DNA from: Candidatus Heimdallarchaeota archaeon
GTDB lineage: Archaea > Asgardarchaeota > Heimdallarchaeia > Hodarchaeales > Hodarchaeaceae
Direction of reading: 5' to 3'
NCBI GenBank assembly: GCA_011364965.1
Contig: RDOB01000004.1
Coordinates: 424,769-488,768, forward strand
Length of the DNA stretch: 64,000 bases
Positions 10,939 to 21,975 of the stretch are shown one piece after another. The notes beneath the pieces were generated by a model. It was not told the origin of the DNA, did not search any database, and saw only the letters and a program-made list of their open reading frames with translations. The number at the start of each line of letters is the position of its first letter. The first letter of the stretch is position 1. Position numbers and translations under genes: made by a program.

Positions 10939-11985
10939 CTATTCTTGAAATTCTTGAAATGCCTCAAACACGACATATTCATCTAAAGGCTTTCGAGGAG
11001 CGGCCTCAGGCCAAACCTCAGGTTCTCCTAACGGACTGAAACAAATCAAACGGTATTTCTCAGGAATTTGAAGAAAAGTTTTAAGTTGAGATTCAGGGAA
11101 AAAAGTCGTATAAAATCCTGTACCATACCCCAGATTGCGAGCTGCAATCATAAAATACGCAGCTGCAAACATACCATCTTGAAGAGTATACTCAGGATAT
11201 TTCACAGTGGTATCAACTAAAATAACAATATATAGGGGAGCAGAGAAGATTTTATCAAGGGTTTGGGTTAAGGAAGTCTTTAATTCATCAATTTCTGCAG
11301 GAGAAGAAGTTCGGTGTTCCTGATACCTCTGGAGGTACCAGCTAAGCACTTCTGTCTTCAATTTCCTCATAGTTTCTGGATTTTGCATGACAAGGAACTT
11401 CCAAGGTTGTTGGTTCCCTGCACTGGGAGCATACTTCACCGAATCTAGAATTTTCAACAGATGGGCTTTAGGAATAGATTTTGATTTAAATTTACGAATA
11501 GTACGTCTACTTTTGAGAATAGAAAAGAGATATTCTTGATCAGTGGAATAACGGATTGCTTCCACTGGATTGGTACTAAAACGAGTGATAGGGGAGCAGA
11601 TATCAGAAAATACTTTCCATAAGCCATTTTCACGACGGAAAAGTAAAGTAAAATAGGAATCCAAGCCTGTGATTTGTTGAGTGTCTGGATCTTGCTCTCT
11701 ATAATAAAAAAGAGCCATAGTATAACCAAAAGATGGAGATTCAAATATCTTAATTAATTCAGCAGACATTTCCCAATTCCTCGTTTTGAACCATTCATCA
11801 TGGAAATTATAATAATCCTTGAGTGAATCAATGAGAACTCCTCGGGCAGAAATGAAAAAGAAATCTTCCTTATCAGTGACGGTAGTAAATAATCTCTGAA
11901 GATCTGCTTTTTGAACTGCATCTACATAAAGAGAAAAAACTTCTTTTAAAGAAAGAGAAGGATGATTTTCCTGCGGAATAGACAT
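10939..11985 (-). CDS. SnoaL/NTF2-like domain fused to a nitroreductase
   Basis: N-terminal NTF2-like FTLLFRRENGLWKV; C-terminal RRTIRKF, APSAGNQQPWKF. Confidence 0.8.
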   Translation of the reverse strand: MSIPQENHPSLSLKEVFSLYVDAVQKADLQRLFTTVTDKEDFFFISARGVLIDSLKDYYNFHDEWFKTRNWEMSAELIKIFESPSFGYTMALFYYREQDPDTQQITGLDSYFTLLFRRENGLWKVFSDICSPITRFSTNPVEAIRYSTDQEYLFSILKSRRTIRKFKSKSIPKAHLLKILDSVKYAPSAGNQQPWKFLVMQNPETMRKLKTEVLSWYLQRYQEHRTSSPAEIDELKTSLTQTLDKIFSAPLYIVILVDTTVKYPEYTLQDGMFAAAYFMIAARNLGYGTGFYTTFFPESQLKTFLQIPEKYRLICFSPLGEPEVWPEAAPRKPLDEYVVFEAFQEFQE

Positions 11986-12109
11986 AGAATCAACAACCTG
12001 ACCTACAACACTAGTAAGTAAACGTAAAGTCTTAGCAATTATACCTATTTAAGAAACAAGATACTGGTAAAAAAGCTAGTGTTAATTTTATATAATTTAC
12101 TAACTAATA

Positions 12110-13102
12110 ATGAACCGTAATAGGTTATTTTCCAAAAATATAAGTTGTGATTTATCGATGAATCTTAGGAAAAGGATTTTCAGTTATGATAGGGATTTAG
12201 ATTTAGCTAGAGAATTTTTATTAGAAGTTTACGAGGAACTTGGAGATTTAAATTATTTAATACCAACTAAAATAGAAAATCATAAATTTGGGCCTTGTGG
12301 ATCGATCTATACAACAGAAGATGACAAAGATATTTTAATTTGGGAACTAAACGATCACGATGGTGTTAGTAACATTATTGCGGTTTCCCATAGAGGTGGA
12401 GCGGCTAATTACCATTTAGAAATTCTTCCTCAATTCAAATCCCTTGAAAAACAGATCTTCTTAGACTTAGAGGACTATGAGAGATCAATAAGAGGGAATA
12501 GCAAACGAATCATTCATTACACAGTCGAAACTGACACAGATAGATCAAAAGTATTAGAAGAATTAAACTATCACTTAGTTGAATTACATGAATTTAATTA
12601 TAAAATATCACTAGTACATTCGATTTCAAAAGTAGATTTACCCCCAAAATTCAAGATATATAATATTAAAAGTTCAAAAACAGATATTAATAAATTTCAG
12701 AAATGCTTAGGAGCAATATATCCTCATTGCGCAGAATATGCCTCAATAGAAAGGATACAATTCCTTCATAACGCGGAATTTTACCATGAGGACTTAGACC
12801 TTGCAATGGTATCTACTGAAGGAGACTTTATTTCGGTTTGTCAATTCCGATTAGATCCATATACAAGGATAGCTGAATTAGAATTGATTGGAACATTAAA
12901 AGAATATAGAGAACATCATATAGAGGAACATTTAATTAATGAGGGATTACAGAGATTAAGGAAATATAACCCAAGAGAAATATACTCGGTGGAAATAAAC
13001 ATTAATGATGAATATTATAATTCCATACTCCAATCAATAGGATTTATTATCACTGAAAAGCTGTATATGTGGGAGAAACCATTGAATAAATCAATATCGT
13101 AA
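12110..13102 (+). CDS. GNAT-family N-acetyltransferase-like protein (start possibly at 12158)
   Basis: C-terminal ELELIGTLKEYRE and LQSIGF GNAT-like elements. Confidence 0.65.
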   Translation: MNRNRLFSKNISCDLSMNLRKRIFSYDRDLDLAREFLLEVYEELGDLNYLIPTKIENHKFGPCGSIYTTEDDKDILIWELNDHDGVSNIIAVSHRGGAANYHLEILPQFKSLEKQIFLDLEDYERSIRGNSKRIIHYTVETDTDRSKVLEELNYHLVELHEFNYKISLVHSISKVDLPPKFKIYNIKSSKTDINKFQKCLGAIYPHCAEYASIERIQFLHNAEFYHEDLDLAMVSTEGDFISVCQFRLDPYTRIAELELIGTLKEYREHHIEEHLINEGLQRLRKYNPREIYSVEININDEYYNSILQSIGFIITEKLYMWEKPLNKSIS

Positions 13103-13360
13103 ACATTAATGTCCGTTCGTTTTCTTTACATGCTTTTATTCTGAAAAAACTCGTCCACACTAATCCCTAGCTAAAATATGAGTGAAAGACCAGGAAGAAA
13201 ATATACTGGGATCTCTAGCTTCAAAGATAGCTAATTGAAAAAGATTGAGAATATAAAATCACATCTTAGAATATTCTAGGATTGTATGTATCCTAGGCTA
13301 GTGGGATAATTTACTTAGGCAATCCAACAGAAAATTGTTTCTTTGTCTCTGAGTTTGATT

Positions 13361-14647
13361 CTACTGAGTAGATTGGTATTGCATCTTCAATACATTCCAT
13401 AACTGAAAAAACACATAACTTGCTGCTGTACAGAAGAATAGGATCAGAATCCCAGGGATTAGGTAAAATTCAACGACCTTATTCATATGATAGGGACTTT
13501 CAACTTCTCCAGAATTATAATACCCAAGTTTATATTCCAAATCGTCTTCTGATTCCCAAGGAATATCTTTCGAAATATTGTAAGGAAAATAATCATATTC
13601 AAAAAGCAAAACAATAATGAAAATAACTGAAAATGTTATAGCAAGAATTCCAGAATATTTACAGGTTTTAAAACTGCGGAGGAGGTTAGGTAATTCTTGA
13701 TTGTTCGAAACATCTTTCATTTTGAAGAAATGAGTAAAAGAAGGAATACCAATCGCTCCAAATGCAACCATCAACCGTCCTGCATGAACACTCGAAAATC
13801 CAAAGAGAAGACCTAGGCCAAAGATCCCAGTCAAGTAAAATATGTAGTTTTTTGGAGAAAGGTTTCTCCTCATCCAAGTACAGGAGAATAAATAGACAAA
13901 TCCAAACCCAATCGAGATTGCAATTCTGAGGGGAGATAGATAGATTCCCTCCTCGTAAGTCATCAACGCCAACCAATACTTCCCAAGTAAAGGAATAGGA
14001 ATTAAGAAAGATAATATGATATCTTGATAAATCGTTATAAGGAATAAAACTGAAGGGAGAACTAATGCTAGGTAATATCGATTTAATTTGCTTAACACCA
14101 AACCCACAATAGGGATTAATGGGACCATCACTACAGTTTTATGAATTGACCAAGCTAATAATAAAAATATCCCCGCTTTTTTATACTGCTTATTATAAAA
14201 GCTCTGAATTGCTAATAGAGAAACAGCAACGGAAGAGATTTGTCTTAAAGCAATGCCAAAAATACCAAAAAGGAGGAAGAATAACACAACTGTTCCATCT
14301 TTTTCACTTTCCTCCAAATCCTGAATAAAGAGAAAAAGAGAACCATAAGTGATAAGGGCGAGAATTCCCCAGAAAAATCTTGGTTCTCCAATTTGGTTTG
14401 TTAAAAAGTAGATAAATTCTGTGAGAGGTTCAATTAGGGTGAACTCAAATTCAGTTGCATTGTTAATAATCCCTAGATACCTATTAAAGTCAGCACCAAC
14501 TTGCCACGCAAACGCAGTCACTAAGGCACAATAACTTAAGATCCCATATCTCAGATTGTCATTGTTGAATTTTAGGTTAATTAACGCAACAAAAACAGGT
14601 AATAAATAGACGCAAAAAGTGCTAAAGATATCAAAAACCATTCTCAT
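13361..14647 (-). CDS. EpsG/Wzy-like polysaccharide polymerase membrane protein
   Basis: VGADFNRY, EP, LRQISSVA, LAWSIHKT motifs; about 11 TM segments. Confidence 0.7.
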   Translation of the reverse strand: MRMVFDIFSTFCVYLLPVFVALINLKFNNDNLRYGILSYCALVTAFAWQVGADFNRYLGIINNATEFEFTLIEPLTEFIYFLTNQIGEPRFFWGILALITYGSLFLFIQDLEESEKDGTVVLFFLLFGIFGIALRQISSVAVSLLAIQSFYNKQYKKAGIFLLLAWSIHKTVVMVPLIPIVGLVLSKLNRYYLALVLPSVLFLITIYQDIILSFLIPIPLLGKYWLALMTYEEGIYLSPLRIAISIGFGFVYLFSCTWMRRNLSPKNYIFYLTGIFGLGLLFGFSSVHAGRLMVAFGAIGIPSFTHFFKMKDVSNNQELPNLLRSFKTCKYSGILAITFSVIFIIVLLFEYDYFPYNISKDIPWESEDDLEYKLGYYNSGEVESPYHMNKVVEFYLIPGILILFFCTAASYVFFQLWNVLKMQYQSTQ

Positions 14648-14938
14648 AACCTAAATCTGCTGTTAGAAGGTAAAACAAACATAGTCATAGCATATGGATT
14701 TCGATCAGGTATGTTGCAATTTTACCTTGAGTAGTATTGCTTGATTATATATGAATATCACTCCCTGCAATCAATTCAACCTCCCATCGATTATTAAAAA
14801 AGCGTTCCACTTAATAACTGAGGGGAGTCATTTTTTAATTTTAAAGTTTATTTCTATTTTCAGGTTGAAATTTAATAGGAAATACACCGAAAATAGAGTG
14901 CTTTCAAAAGGAGATGAAAAGCTCTGAACTTCTGGGAA

Positions 14939-16057
14939 ATGGTGAATGATTTTCATCAAAAAGTGTACATGCATTACGAGAATGGTAGAGAAGGTCTAGC
15001 AGCAATCGAAACACTACAAAGTATCTTAGGAGAGTATACAGACTATACATACTCCATGCGTCACCCAATAGGGGCTAAATTGCTCAGAGCATCCCCAGAG
15101 GATTATCAGTGGAACATCCAATTTGCCAAGAAAATAACCCTCTTCAGCACAATATATGGAGCGGACAAAGTTCTTGCCCGTTTAGATAAACCTACAGAGG
15201 TGTATCAGGCGCTAACGGAAATAGAAGTTGCTCTAAAATTAAAAATTGCAGGCTTAAATATCTCATTTATAGAACAGTCTCCTACAGAGCAACGACCAGA
15301 TCTAGTAGTAGAAGCTAACTCTCAGGAGTATAATATTCTAGTAATCCCTCTCAATACACCAGAACATGATATCCAACTCAACGACTTCTATTTTGTGATA
15401 ATTAACAACTTGATTAAGGCTCGAAAACCCATCCTCTATGGCGGAGTCATAACCAAAGCCCTAAAAGATGCAGAACTCAAGCTCTTTCTGCAAAAACTAA
15501 AAGAAAAAGTTAATGAGGCATTAGAAAAGGATCAAATCATCATCGTAAATGAAGAGGGGTATGTAACGATTGGGATTGCACCAGAACATCTACAGGAGAG
15601 CCTACCAGAAGAGTATGCCAATGGATTCCGATTTAGTCCGATAACTGCTAGAGTAGTGGAGGAGCGAATTGTCGATATAATTACTAAGAAAAAAACTCAT
15701 TTAGATCTAAAACAATTCAAACAACACCCCAACATTCTGGTGATACATAACCATACAAGTGGGTGGAAGCCAGAAGAGATTTTGAAGAACGCGGGTCCAA
15801 CTATTGACCCCCTCCTAGGTACCTCCACCAATTTAATAGGCCTCATCCTAATCACGCAGCAACGTTGGTGGAGGACTGGAGAAACCCCAAGGAAAGAGAC
15901 TTTAGAGAATAAAATCCTCGTGACACAAGCTCCCGCCATTCAGGAATCGGAAGCAACCCTGATCTGGCCAAATCCGCAAACTAACAAATCAATTCCTGAG
16001 AGAATAATTGAGGCGTTTACCGACTATCAACCACATCTAGAGGAGTTTTTTGCATAG
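14939..16057 (+). CDS. Hypothetical protein, possible degenerate PD-(D/E)XK fold
   Basis: 372-aa ORF with EIEVA...RPDLVVE, but no ExK after it. Confidence 0.5.
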   Translation: MVNDFHQKVYMHYENGREGLAAIETLQSILGEYTDYTYSMRHPIGAKLLRASPEDYQWNIQFAKKITLFSTIYGADKVLARLDKPTEVYQALTEIEVALKLKIAGLNISFIEQSPTEQRPDLVVEANSQEYNILVIPLNTPEHDIQLNDFYFVIINNLIKARKPILYGGVITKALKDAELKLFLQKLKEKVNEALEKDQIIIVNEEGYVTIGIAPEHLQESLPEEYANGFRFSPITARVVEERIVDIITKKKTHLDLKQFKQHPNILVIHNHTSGWKPEEILKNAGPTIDPLLGTSTNLIGLILITQQRWWRTGETPRKETLENKILVTQAPAIQESEATLIWPNPQTNKSIPERIIEAFTDYQPHLEEFFA

Positions 16058-16107
16058 CTATATCTATCCATATAATTCCATGAATGGAAAAAAGAACAGT
16101 AAAAAAA

Positions 16108-16230
16108 GCGTTAGATCAAAAGCCAATTTGTGTAAACATCCATAATGCGATTTCAATAGCTATCTAACAAGGGAACCTCTCAGTTTTCACACTTTTCTTG
16201 AAATAGGAGCCCTCCTTCGGTTTGGTACAT
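16108..16230 (+). repeat. Dispersed intergenic repeat, copy F
   Basis: ttagatcaaaagccaatttg...gctatctaacaaggga...ttttcacac...aataggagccctcc aligns with copies at 57753, 59017 and 39050. Confidence 0.7.
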
Positions 16231-16307
16231 GTATCAAGGGATAATGCCAAGACATTAAGAAGGTTGAAACGTATGGGACGATAAGAAACTCTTCCACCAT
16301 TATCCCG

Positions 16308-17558
16308 TTAGAAATATTTTAGAACCGAATTTGGGAACTTTTTCTTCCATTTCTGGAATTCTAAGCAGCAGGGATATAGAAGTATAAGTCCAAGAATCCA
16401 AACAATCAGAGTAATTTGGACTGAAAAACCTTTTACCAAATTTGTAACCTCAGGAATAGCGGCATATAAGAGCAAATGCGTACAATAAAAATATAAGGCT
16501 GAAGATCCAAAAACTAGGATAGGTTTCACTAATTTCTGAAATCTTAAGTCTTCCTCGAAATAAAAACCAAAAGCTAAAGCGAGACACATGCCCCCAAGTG
16601 TCCAGAGTAAAAATACCATTGAAGGGGGGTATTTGGACATAAAAAAATAATTCTGAAAAGCAAAAGCATTATCAATCAGAACTCCTGTATCTTGCCAGAT
16701 TGGGAAGTAATTAAAGGGAAATCCTTGAGTTGTACGAAGGATGAAGAAGGATAACAGGAACGCTCCCCCAATGGTAAATAACTGTTTTGAAATAGTTCGA
16801 TTTGAAATCGCATCTTGTTTTTGCTTTAATATCCACCGGCCTAAGACTATACCCATACCCATGACGCCTAGCCATGGATCAAGGGGATATAAGCCGTAAG
16901 GCCACACTGGATTATATGTCATGGCATTAAACCAATTTTTAAAAAATTCATTTTGAAAAAATCCCCCCAAATTTCCCATATTAAAAATTGAGAAACTAAT
17001 AGGATGAGCACCTGGATTAAATATGGGGTTCCATATAAATTCAGCAAAAATAGGTGATAAGAGAAGAAGAAGGGAGAAAAAAAGGATCACTTTTGTATTA
17101 AGTTTACGTATAAATGCAAAAAGGATGAAACCAACACCAATGGCTGCAAGAACTCCGAAATATAAAAATCCAGCCTCAAATAGGGGAGCAATTAAGAGCC
17201 ATTCAATCAGGAGAAGAATTACCCCCCGAATAATATAATGTTCTGTGATCTCCTTTTGGGAGAGTCCTTGCTCTAGTCTTCTTGATTCGAAAAATACCAT
17301 TGAAGTACCAGCTAGACATATAAAAGTCGGAGCACACCAATGGGATACAAATCGGATAAAGAATTGTAACAAATCAGGTAAAATAGGAGGACGACTAGCA
17401 TAGTAGAATTCACCAAAGAGTCTTCCTGAATTCCAGTAAGTGGATGCATGATCAAGTGCCATTAAGACCATTGCTAATCCTCGTACAAGATCAATAGCAG
17501 CTATTCGTCCGATTAATTTCTCATATTTCGGAAAGGGAGATTCACCTTCGACTGTCAT
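16308..17558 (-). CDS. DUF1624/HGSNAT-like membrane acyltransferase
   Basis: RIAAIDLVRGLAMVLMALDH, SHWCAPTF, KYPPS. Confidence 0.85.
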   Translation of the reverse strand: MTVEGESPFPKYEKLIGRIAAIDLVRGLAMVLMALDHASTYWNSGRLFGEFYYASRPPILPDLLQFFIRFVSHWCAPTFICLAGTSMVFFESRRLEQGLSQKEITEHYIIRGVILLLIEWLLIAPLFEAGFLYFGVLAAIGVGFILFAFIRKLNTKVILFFSLLLLLSPIFAEFIWNPIFNPGAHPISFSIFNMGNLGGFFQNEFFKNWFNAMTYNPVWPYGLYPLDPWLGVMGMGIVLGRWILKQKQDAISNRTISKQLFTIGGAFLLSFFILRTTQGFPFNYFPIWQDTGVLIDNAFAFQNYFFMSKYPPSMVFLLWTLGGMCLALAFGFYFEEDLRFQKLVKPILVFGSSALYFYCTHLLLYAAIPEVTNLVKGFSVQITLIVWILGLILLYPCCLEFQKWKKKFPNSVLKYF

Positions 17559-17754
17559 CCTACAAAGATCCTATGAATTTTTTCCTCAATGGCTCCTGAT
17601 CTTCCTTTCTAATTCGTGATTGATTTAAATATATTGAATGTGGAAGAGAAAAAAGTGAATCAGGTGGATTAATTTTACTTACAGGAATAGAGGGGAAATT
17701 ACCAGATAAATGTCAAGACAATTGCTTTCATTTTAATTACTTATACCTACTTAT

Positions 17755-18746
17755 TCACTCAATACCAATCACTATTCGTCCTTTAGCATGGCCTGTTTCG
17801 TAATGGCGGTGTGCCTCAGATACTTTACTTAAAGGATAGACTGTATCAATCACTGGTACAATTTTACCCTCCTCAATCCATTGACGAATTTGTTCCATAG
17901 CTGTGGCACTCTCATCTGCTGTTCCTGATTTTAATCTCTTAATCCCTGTAATCATATGGAAAAGAGACCTTGGATTAGTTACGGGATTATTGGAGACAAA
18001 GACTCCCGTTTCTGTAAGAATATTCTTACATTTCGACAGATTAGATGCTCCTATGGTATCAAAAATTATATCATACTTGATTTCCCCCTTAGTGTAATCT
18101 TCCTTCGCATAATCTATAACAAAGTCTGCTCCAATGGATTTTACCATATCCATATTTGTAGGGCCACATACTCCAGTAACTTCCGCACCATATACATTTT
18201 TAGCCATTTGAACGGCAAAAGTTCCAATTCCTCCAGAAGCACCAATAATTAAAACTTTATCCCCTTCTTTCGGGGTCGCTAGATCTCTAAACGCAATTAA
18301 TGCCGGTGTAGAACCACCTGGGACTGCTGCAGCTTCTTGAAAGGTTAAATTTTTAGGTTTCTTTGCAAGAATATCTGAAGGAACACACAAATATTTCGCG
18401 TATGCCCCTCCAGTTTCGGAGAAACCATAAACCTGATCTCCGATTTTCCAATCGGTTATCTCTTCACCCACAGCTACAATTTCTCCAACAAATCCTAAGC
18501 CTGGAACTCTCATCCTTGGTTTTCTAATTCCAGTAAGCCCTATTCGCAAAAAGGAGTAGTAATCTGTCTCATCGGTGAGAAAATTGCTTTAGGAGCTTTA
18601 CCGCTCCTATAAAGTATATCTCCTGTGTTAATTGATGAACCATAGTTACGAATTAAGACTTCCCTATCTTTTGGACGTGGTTGTTCTATTTCTGCTAACT
18701 CAAGGACATTTGGTGACCCAAACTTTCTCTGTACAATTGCTTGCAT
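17755..18746 (-). pseudogene. NAD(P)-dependent MDR/quinone-oxidoreductase-like dehydrogenase split by a frameshift near 18548
   Basis: MQAIVQRKFGSPNVL (ATG 18746) and GASGGIG...GHAKGRIVI are in different frames; adding one T to the T5 run joins them. Confidence 0.8.
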
Positions 18747-18759
18747 CGTATAAGTATCC

Positions 18760-19809
18760 TTAACTAGCTGAAGAATGGTTTCCTTCCTCAAGCAATCCAT
18801 AGAGCTTGATATTCCTGGAAATTGTACTGAAAATATCAACAAGTCCCGCAAGAACTCCTAGTACCGCAAAAAATAGTAAAATGTTTTCCGATAATGGTAA
18901 AACTTCAAGAAGCAAGTGGAGATTTACCAAAACGTACAAACTTAAACCCAAGTCCACCACCCCTCCAATAAGCAGGATAATATTCATGTTGAGATGGAAT
19001 TTCATATCATCTGTTCTTATTTTCGCCAAATTAGTGATTCCAACAATTACTGAGACTATTCCCATGATAACCAATAATGTTTGCAATTCTACCGAAATAC
19101 TGACAAGTTCGGTGCTAAAAGCTGACGGATCGGAACCAACCAATCCAATGATAAATCCCACGATAATTCTGAACAGATTCAATAAATCAATTGGTAATAT
19201 AATGATAATTAAACCAAAAAAGATACCTAATATCCCACTAAGTACAAATTCATCAGGTTTATAATACTGCGATTTAGGGTCTTCTTCCTTATCAGCTTTT
19301 TTATCCTCATCCAGCACCAGATCCTTCGGGAAATAACCTTCATCAGATAAACCAACGAAGATGGCTATTACCACCAGTATGAATGTAATTATAACAGGAT
19401 AAGAGGTTGTTAGCGTATTAGCTACAGCCTGTTGAAGATTGTTAGGTTCAACAATAACTATTTGAACAATCATAATCAAACCGAATAAAATAGCAATAAG
19501 ATACAAATTCACTTTCATATAAATGGACCATAATTCCTCCGAAATGAAATATTTGGGATTTCCCCGCTTTTTATAATTTCTTGCGATCTCTTTAGGATTC
19601 CCGAGGCGAGTGATCGCTTCTTGAACGCTGGCTGTATTGGGTTCTTCTGATCCAGCAATTTCTTGAGCGCTATCCCAGATATGGGAGCTAATTTCTAGCA
19701 TAATATCGTCTAATTTTTCCTCATTGCTTTTGAGCCAATCTGGTAAATGTTTCTTAATTTCCTTGAGGAAATTCTCTACTAGTTTTTCGTTTTCTAATGT
19801 CATTTTCAA
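18760..19809 (-). CDS. HAAS-domain membrane protein
   Basis: N-terminal FLKEIKKHLP..EISSHI..LGNPKEIA followed by several TM segments; directly downstream of PadR. Confidence 0.75.
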   Translation of the reverse strand: MKMTLENEKLVENFLKEIKKHLPDWLKSNEEKLDDIMLEISSHIWDSAQEIAGSEEPNTASVQEAITRLGNPKEIARNYKKRGNPKYFISEELWSIYMKVNLYLIAILFGLIMIVQIVIVEPNNLQQAVANTLTTSYPVIITFILVVIAIFVGLSDEGYFPKDLVLDEDKKADKEEDPKSQYYKPDEFVLSGILGIFFGLIIIILPIDLLNLFRIIVGFIIGLVGSDPSAFSTELVSISVELQTLLVIMGIVSVIVGITNLAKIRTDDMKFHLNMNIILLIGGVVDLGLSLYVLVNLHLLLEVLPLSENILLFFAVLGVLAGLVDIFSTISRNIKLYGLLEEGNHSSAS

Positions 19810-19820
19810 TTCTCCTAATG

Positions 19821-20357
19821 TTAAGTACTTAGCTTAAATCCACAAATTTCACAGTATTGAGCATCTTTCTCCGAATACTCAATTCTAGTCTTACAGTTCT
19901 GGCAAAAAATATATTTTTCATCATTCAAGATGATTTGGAAATCAGTTATCGCTGAGATTGCTTCAAGTAGTTTGAGGAAAAACCCCTCTAAATGGGACAA
20001 CACTCTTGCACCTTCCTCTGTAAGATAGTAATATTTTCTAGGGCGATCTCCCTCAATATGTTTATATGATTGAACTAAAGAAAGCTCACTATTTTTTGAT
20101 TGCCATTTCTCAAGATTTCTCAATAGTGGATAGAGAGTGCCTTCTTTAATAATCAACATATCATTTGTTAACTCCTTGAGATCTTTGAGGAGTTGATATC
20201 CATACACCCCAGTTTTTCCATGTTTTTTAACTACCTTAAGAATACAGATCTTACCTATTCCGCGTAATAGATCACTTTCAAAGTTTTCCAAAAATTTACG
20301 ATGAGCTTCAGACTCTATTACGGTAGATAAGTCGTTACCTTTGATGTTATTAATCAA
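19821..20357 (-). CDS. PadR-family regulator with C-terminal zinc ribbon
   Basis: YGYQL, EGTLYPLLRNLE, RPRKYYYLTEEG; CQNC..CEICG; AGGTGA RBS 6 nt before the TTG. Confidence 0.9.
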   Translation of the reverse strand: MINNIKGNDLSTVIESEAHRKFLENFESDLLRGIGKICILKVVKKHGKTGVYGYQLLKDLKELTNDMLIIKEGTLYPLLRNLEKWQSKNSELSLVQSYKHIEGDRPRKYYYLTEEGARVLSHLEGFFLKLLEAISAITDFQIILNDEKYIFCQNCKTRIEYSEKDAQYCEICGFKLST

Positions 20358-20368
20358 AATGTATCACC

Positions 20369-20420
20369 TACAATACTGTATTTACAATTATACTGTATCT
20401 GATACAATACTATATTACAT
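20369..20420. promoter_or_regulatory. Candidate PadR operator cluster
   Basis: Perfect palindrome TGTATC-T-GATACA (20394-20406) and repeated TACAAT..ACTGTA boxes immediately upstream of padR. Confidence 0.5.
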
Positions 20421-20455
20421 ATTTATACTTTTGCATTTCGTCATTAAGTGCTTTT

Positions 20456-20570
20456 CTAACGAAGCACCCCTCGGATTCTAAACCAGATGTTGTGAACACC
20501 TATTCTGTGGCTTCTCTATCTAACGAGGGTTGCTACAAAAAAATCTCGGTTTCCCCACTATTCGGAAAGG
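20456..20570 (+). repeat. Dispersed intergenic repeat, copy G
   Basis: ctaacgaa...tgtgaacacctattctgtggcttctctatctaacgaggg...aaaaatctcggtttccc matches the family. Confidence 0.6.
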
Positions 20571-20718
20571 ATCTACCTTAATATTCACCTGTCGGTTAAT
20601 CTGAAAAATTTCAAGTTAAGAAAACAATTAATGATGCTAAAAAAAGAATATTTTAAAGAAAATAATGATAAATGATAGAAAAACCACAAATCCTGACATT
20701 TGGTTAACGTTCTGTCAG

Positions 20719-21669
20719 TCAACAGTGGTTCTGAGGTTTTCTTTGAATATACCTCAAGAAGAGGTTATGAAGATGTTGCAAACCATGAGATTCAAGAGTA
20801 ACCATTGTTAAAAGGACAAAAGCACTTCCAATAAGAATCCAAGCAGAATAAGTTATTCTTAAAAAGACTATTTCATAAGAAAAGGGCACGAGGATCTGTA
20901 AGAGTAAATAGAATGCAGTATTAACTGCTCCCATTTTAGATAAGGCATATTGGTACAATCCAAATGTGATAATTGATCCAAAAATCCCTAGAAAGAGGAA
21001 AATAGGAAGAACATTTAATATGATGTCAGTCGGAGGTGGGGCTAAAAAAAAGGATAATACAAAGAGAGGGAGAAATGTATAGATAAGACTTGCATAGAGA
21101 AAACTGAGATAATCAAAGGTACCAGTCTGTAATCGCATATCAGTCATAAATTTATCAGTTAATACTATATTTAATCCCCAAGAAACAGCTGCAACCAACA
21201 AGTATAATGTGCCAATACTGGTGATATTTGAAAAATTATTCCAGTCACCATTATATGAAATAAAAAACATTCCCACTAATGCTAAAAATGCAAGGAAGAT
21301 TATTTCTTTAGAAAGGTTGCTGTGCTTAAGTTTCCAAGTCATAAAAGGCACCATCATAACATAACTGGTAGATAACAGAGTAGCTAACCCCGCAGTGGTT
21401 AAATTTTGGCCAATGGTGGATGATAAATACCCCATAGATATCAAAAATCCAATAACCATAATAGTAGGAGTTTTTAAATAAAGAAGTCCATTTCTATGTT
21501 GTATTTTAGGAATAAACACGCTCATGACTAAAACAGCAATACCAAAACGCATGGTCATGATGAATAATGGGGTACAAGAATCTAAGGCTACACCCACGAA
21601 AATGGGTGCAACCCCCCAAAGAAAGGAACTAGTAAGCATGGCTAATTGAGCACGAGTCATAAATGGCAT
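20719..21669 (-). CDS. DMT/EamA-family transporter
   Basis: LWG, PLFIMTMRF, two EamA halves, about 10 TM segments. Confidence 0.85.
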   Translation of the reverse strand: MPFMTRAQLAMLTSSFLWGVAPIFVGVALDSCTPLFIMTMRFGIAVLVMSVFIPKIQHRNGLLYLKTPTIMVIGFLISMGYLSSTIGQNLTTAGLATLLSTSYVMMVPFMTWKLKHSNLSKEIIFLAFLALVGMFFISYNGDWNNFSNITSIGTLYLLVAAVSWGLNIVLTDKFMTDMRLQTGTFDYLSFLYASLIYTFLPLFVLSFFLAPPPTDIILNVLPIFLFLGIFGSIITFGLYQYALSKMGAVNTAFYLLLQILVPFSYEIVFLRITYSAWILIGSAFVLLTMVTLESHGLQHLHNLFLRYIQRKPQNHC

Positions 21670-21975
21670 AATAATAACAAAGGAAAAAAAGTATTAGTAT
21701 TTATACCAATGCTTCTGCCAATCTCAAGCTTGAACATGGTTAACTTATTTGCTAATACACTAAAACGAAAACTCTTATTCAAGAAGATCCTTACTGCGAT
21801 CAGAGTTTTTAAAAAAAAGATAGGACGAGCTAATTGGTTAGCAACAAAGACAACTGAATACCTAGTTAATCGAAACAATTCGTACCTTAAAGAAAGGTAA
21901 TTCTGGGTTAAACTGGCAATATAGAGAAAATAATTTTATTAAAACAGAAGTATAATGAAATATAATGTGATCAGA

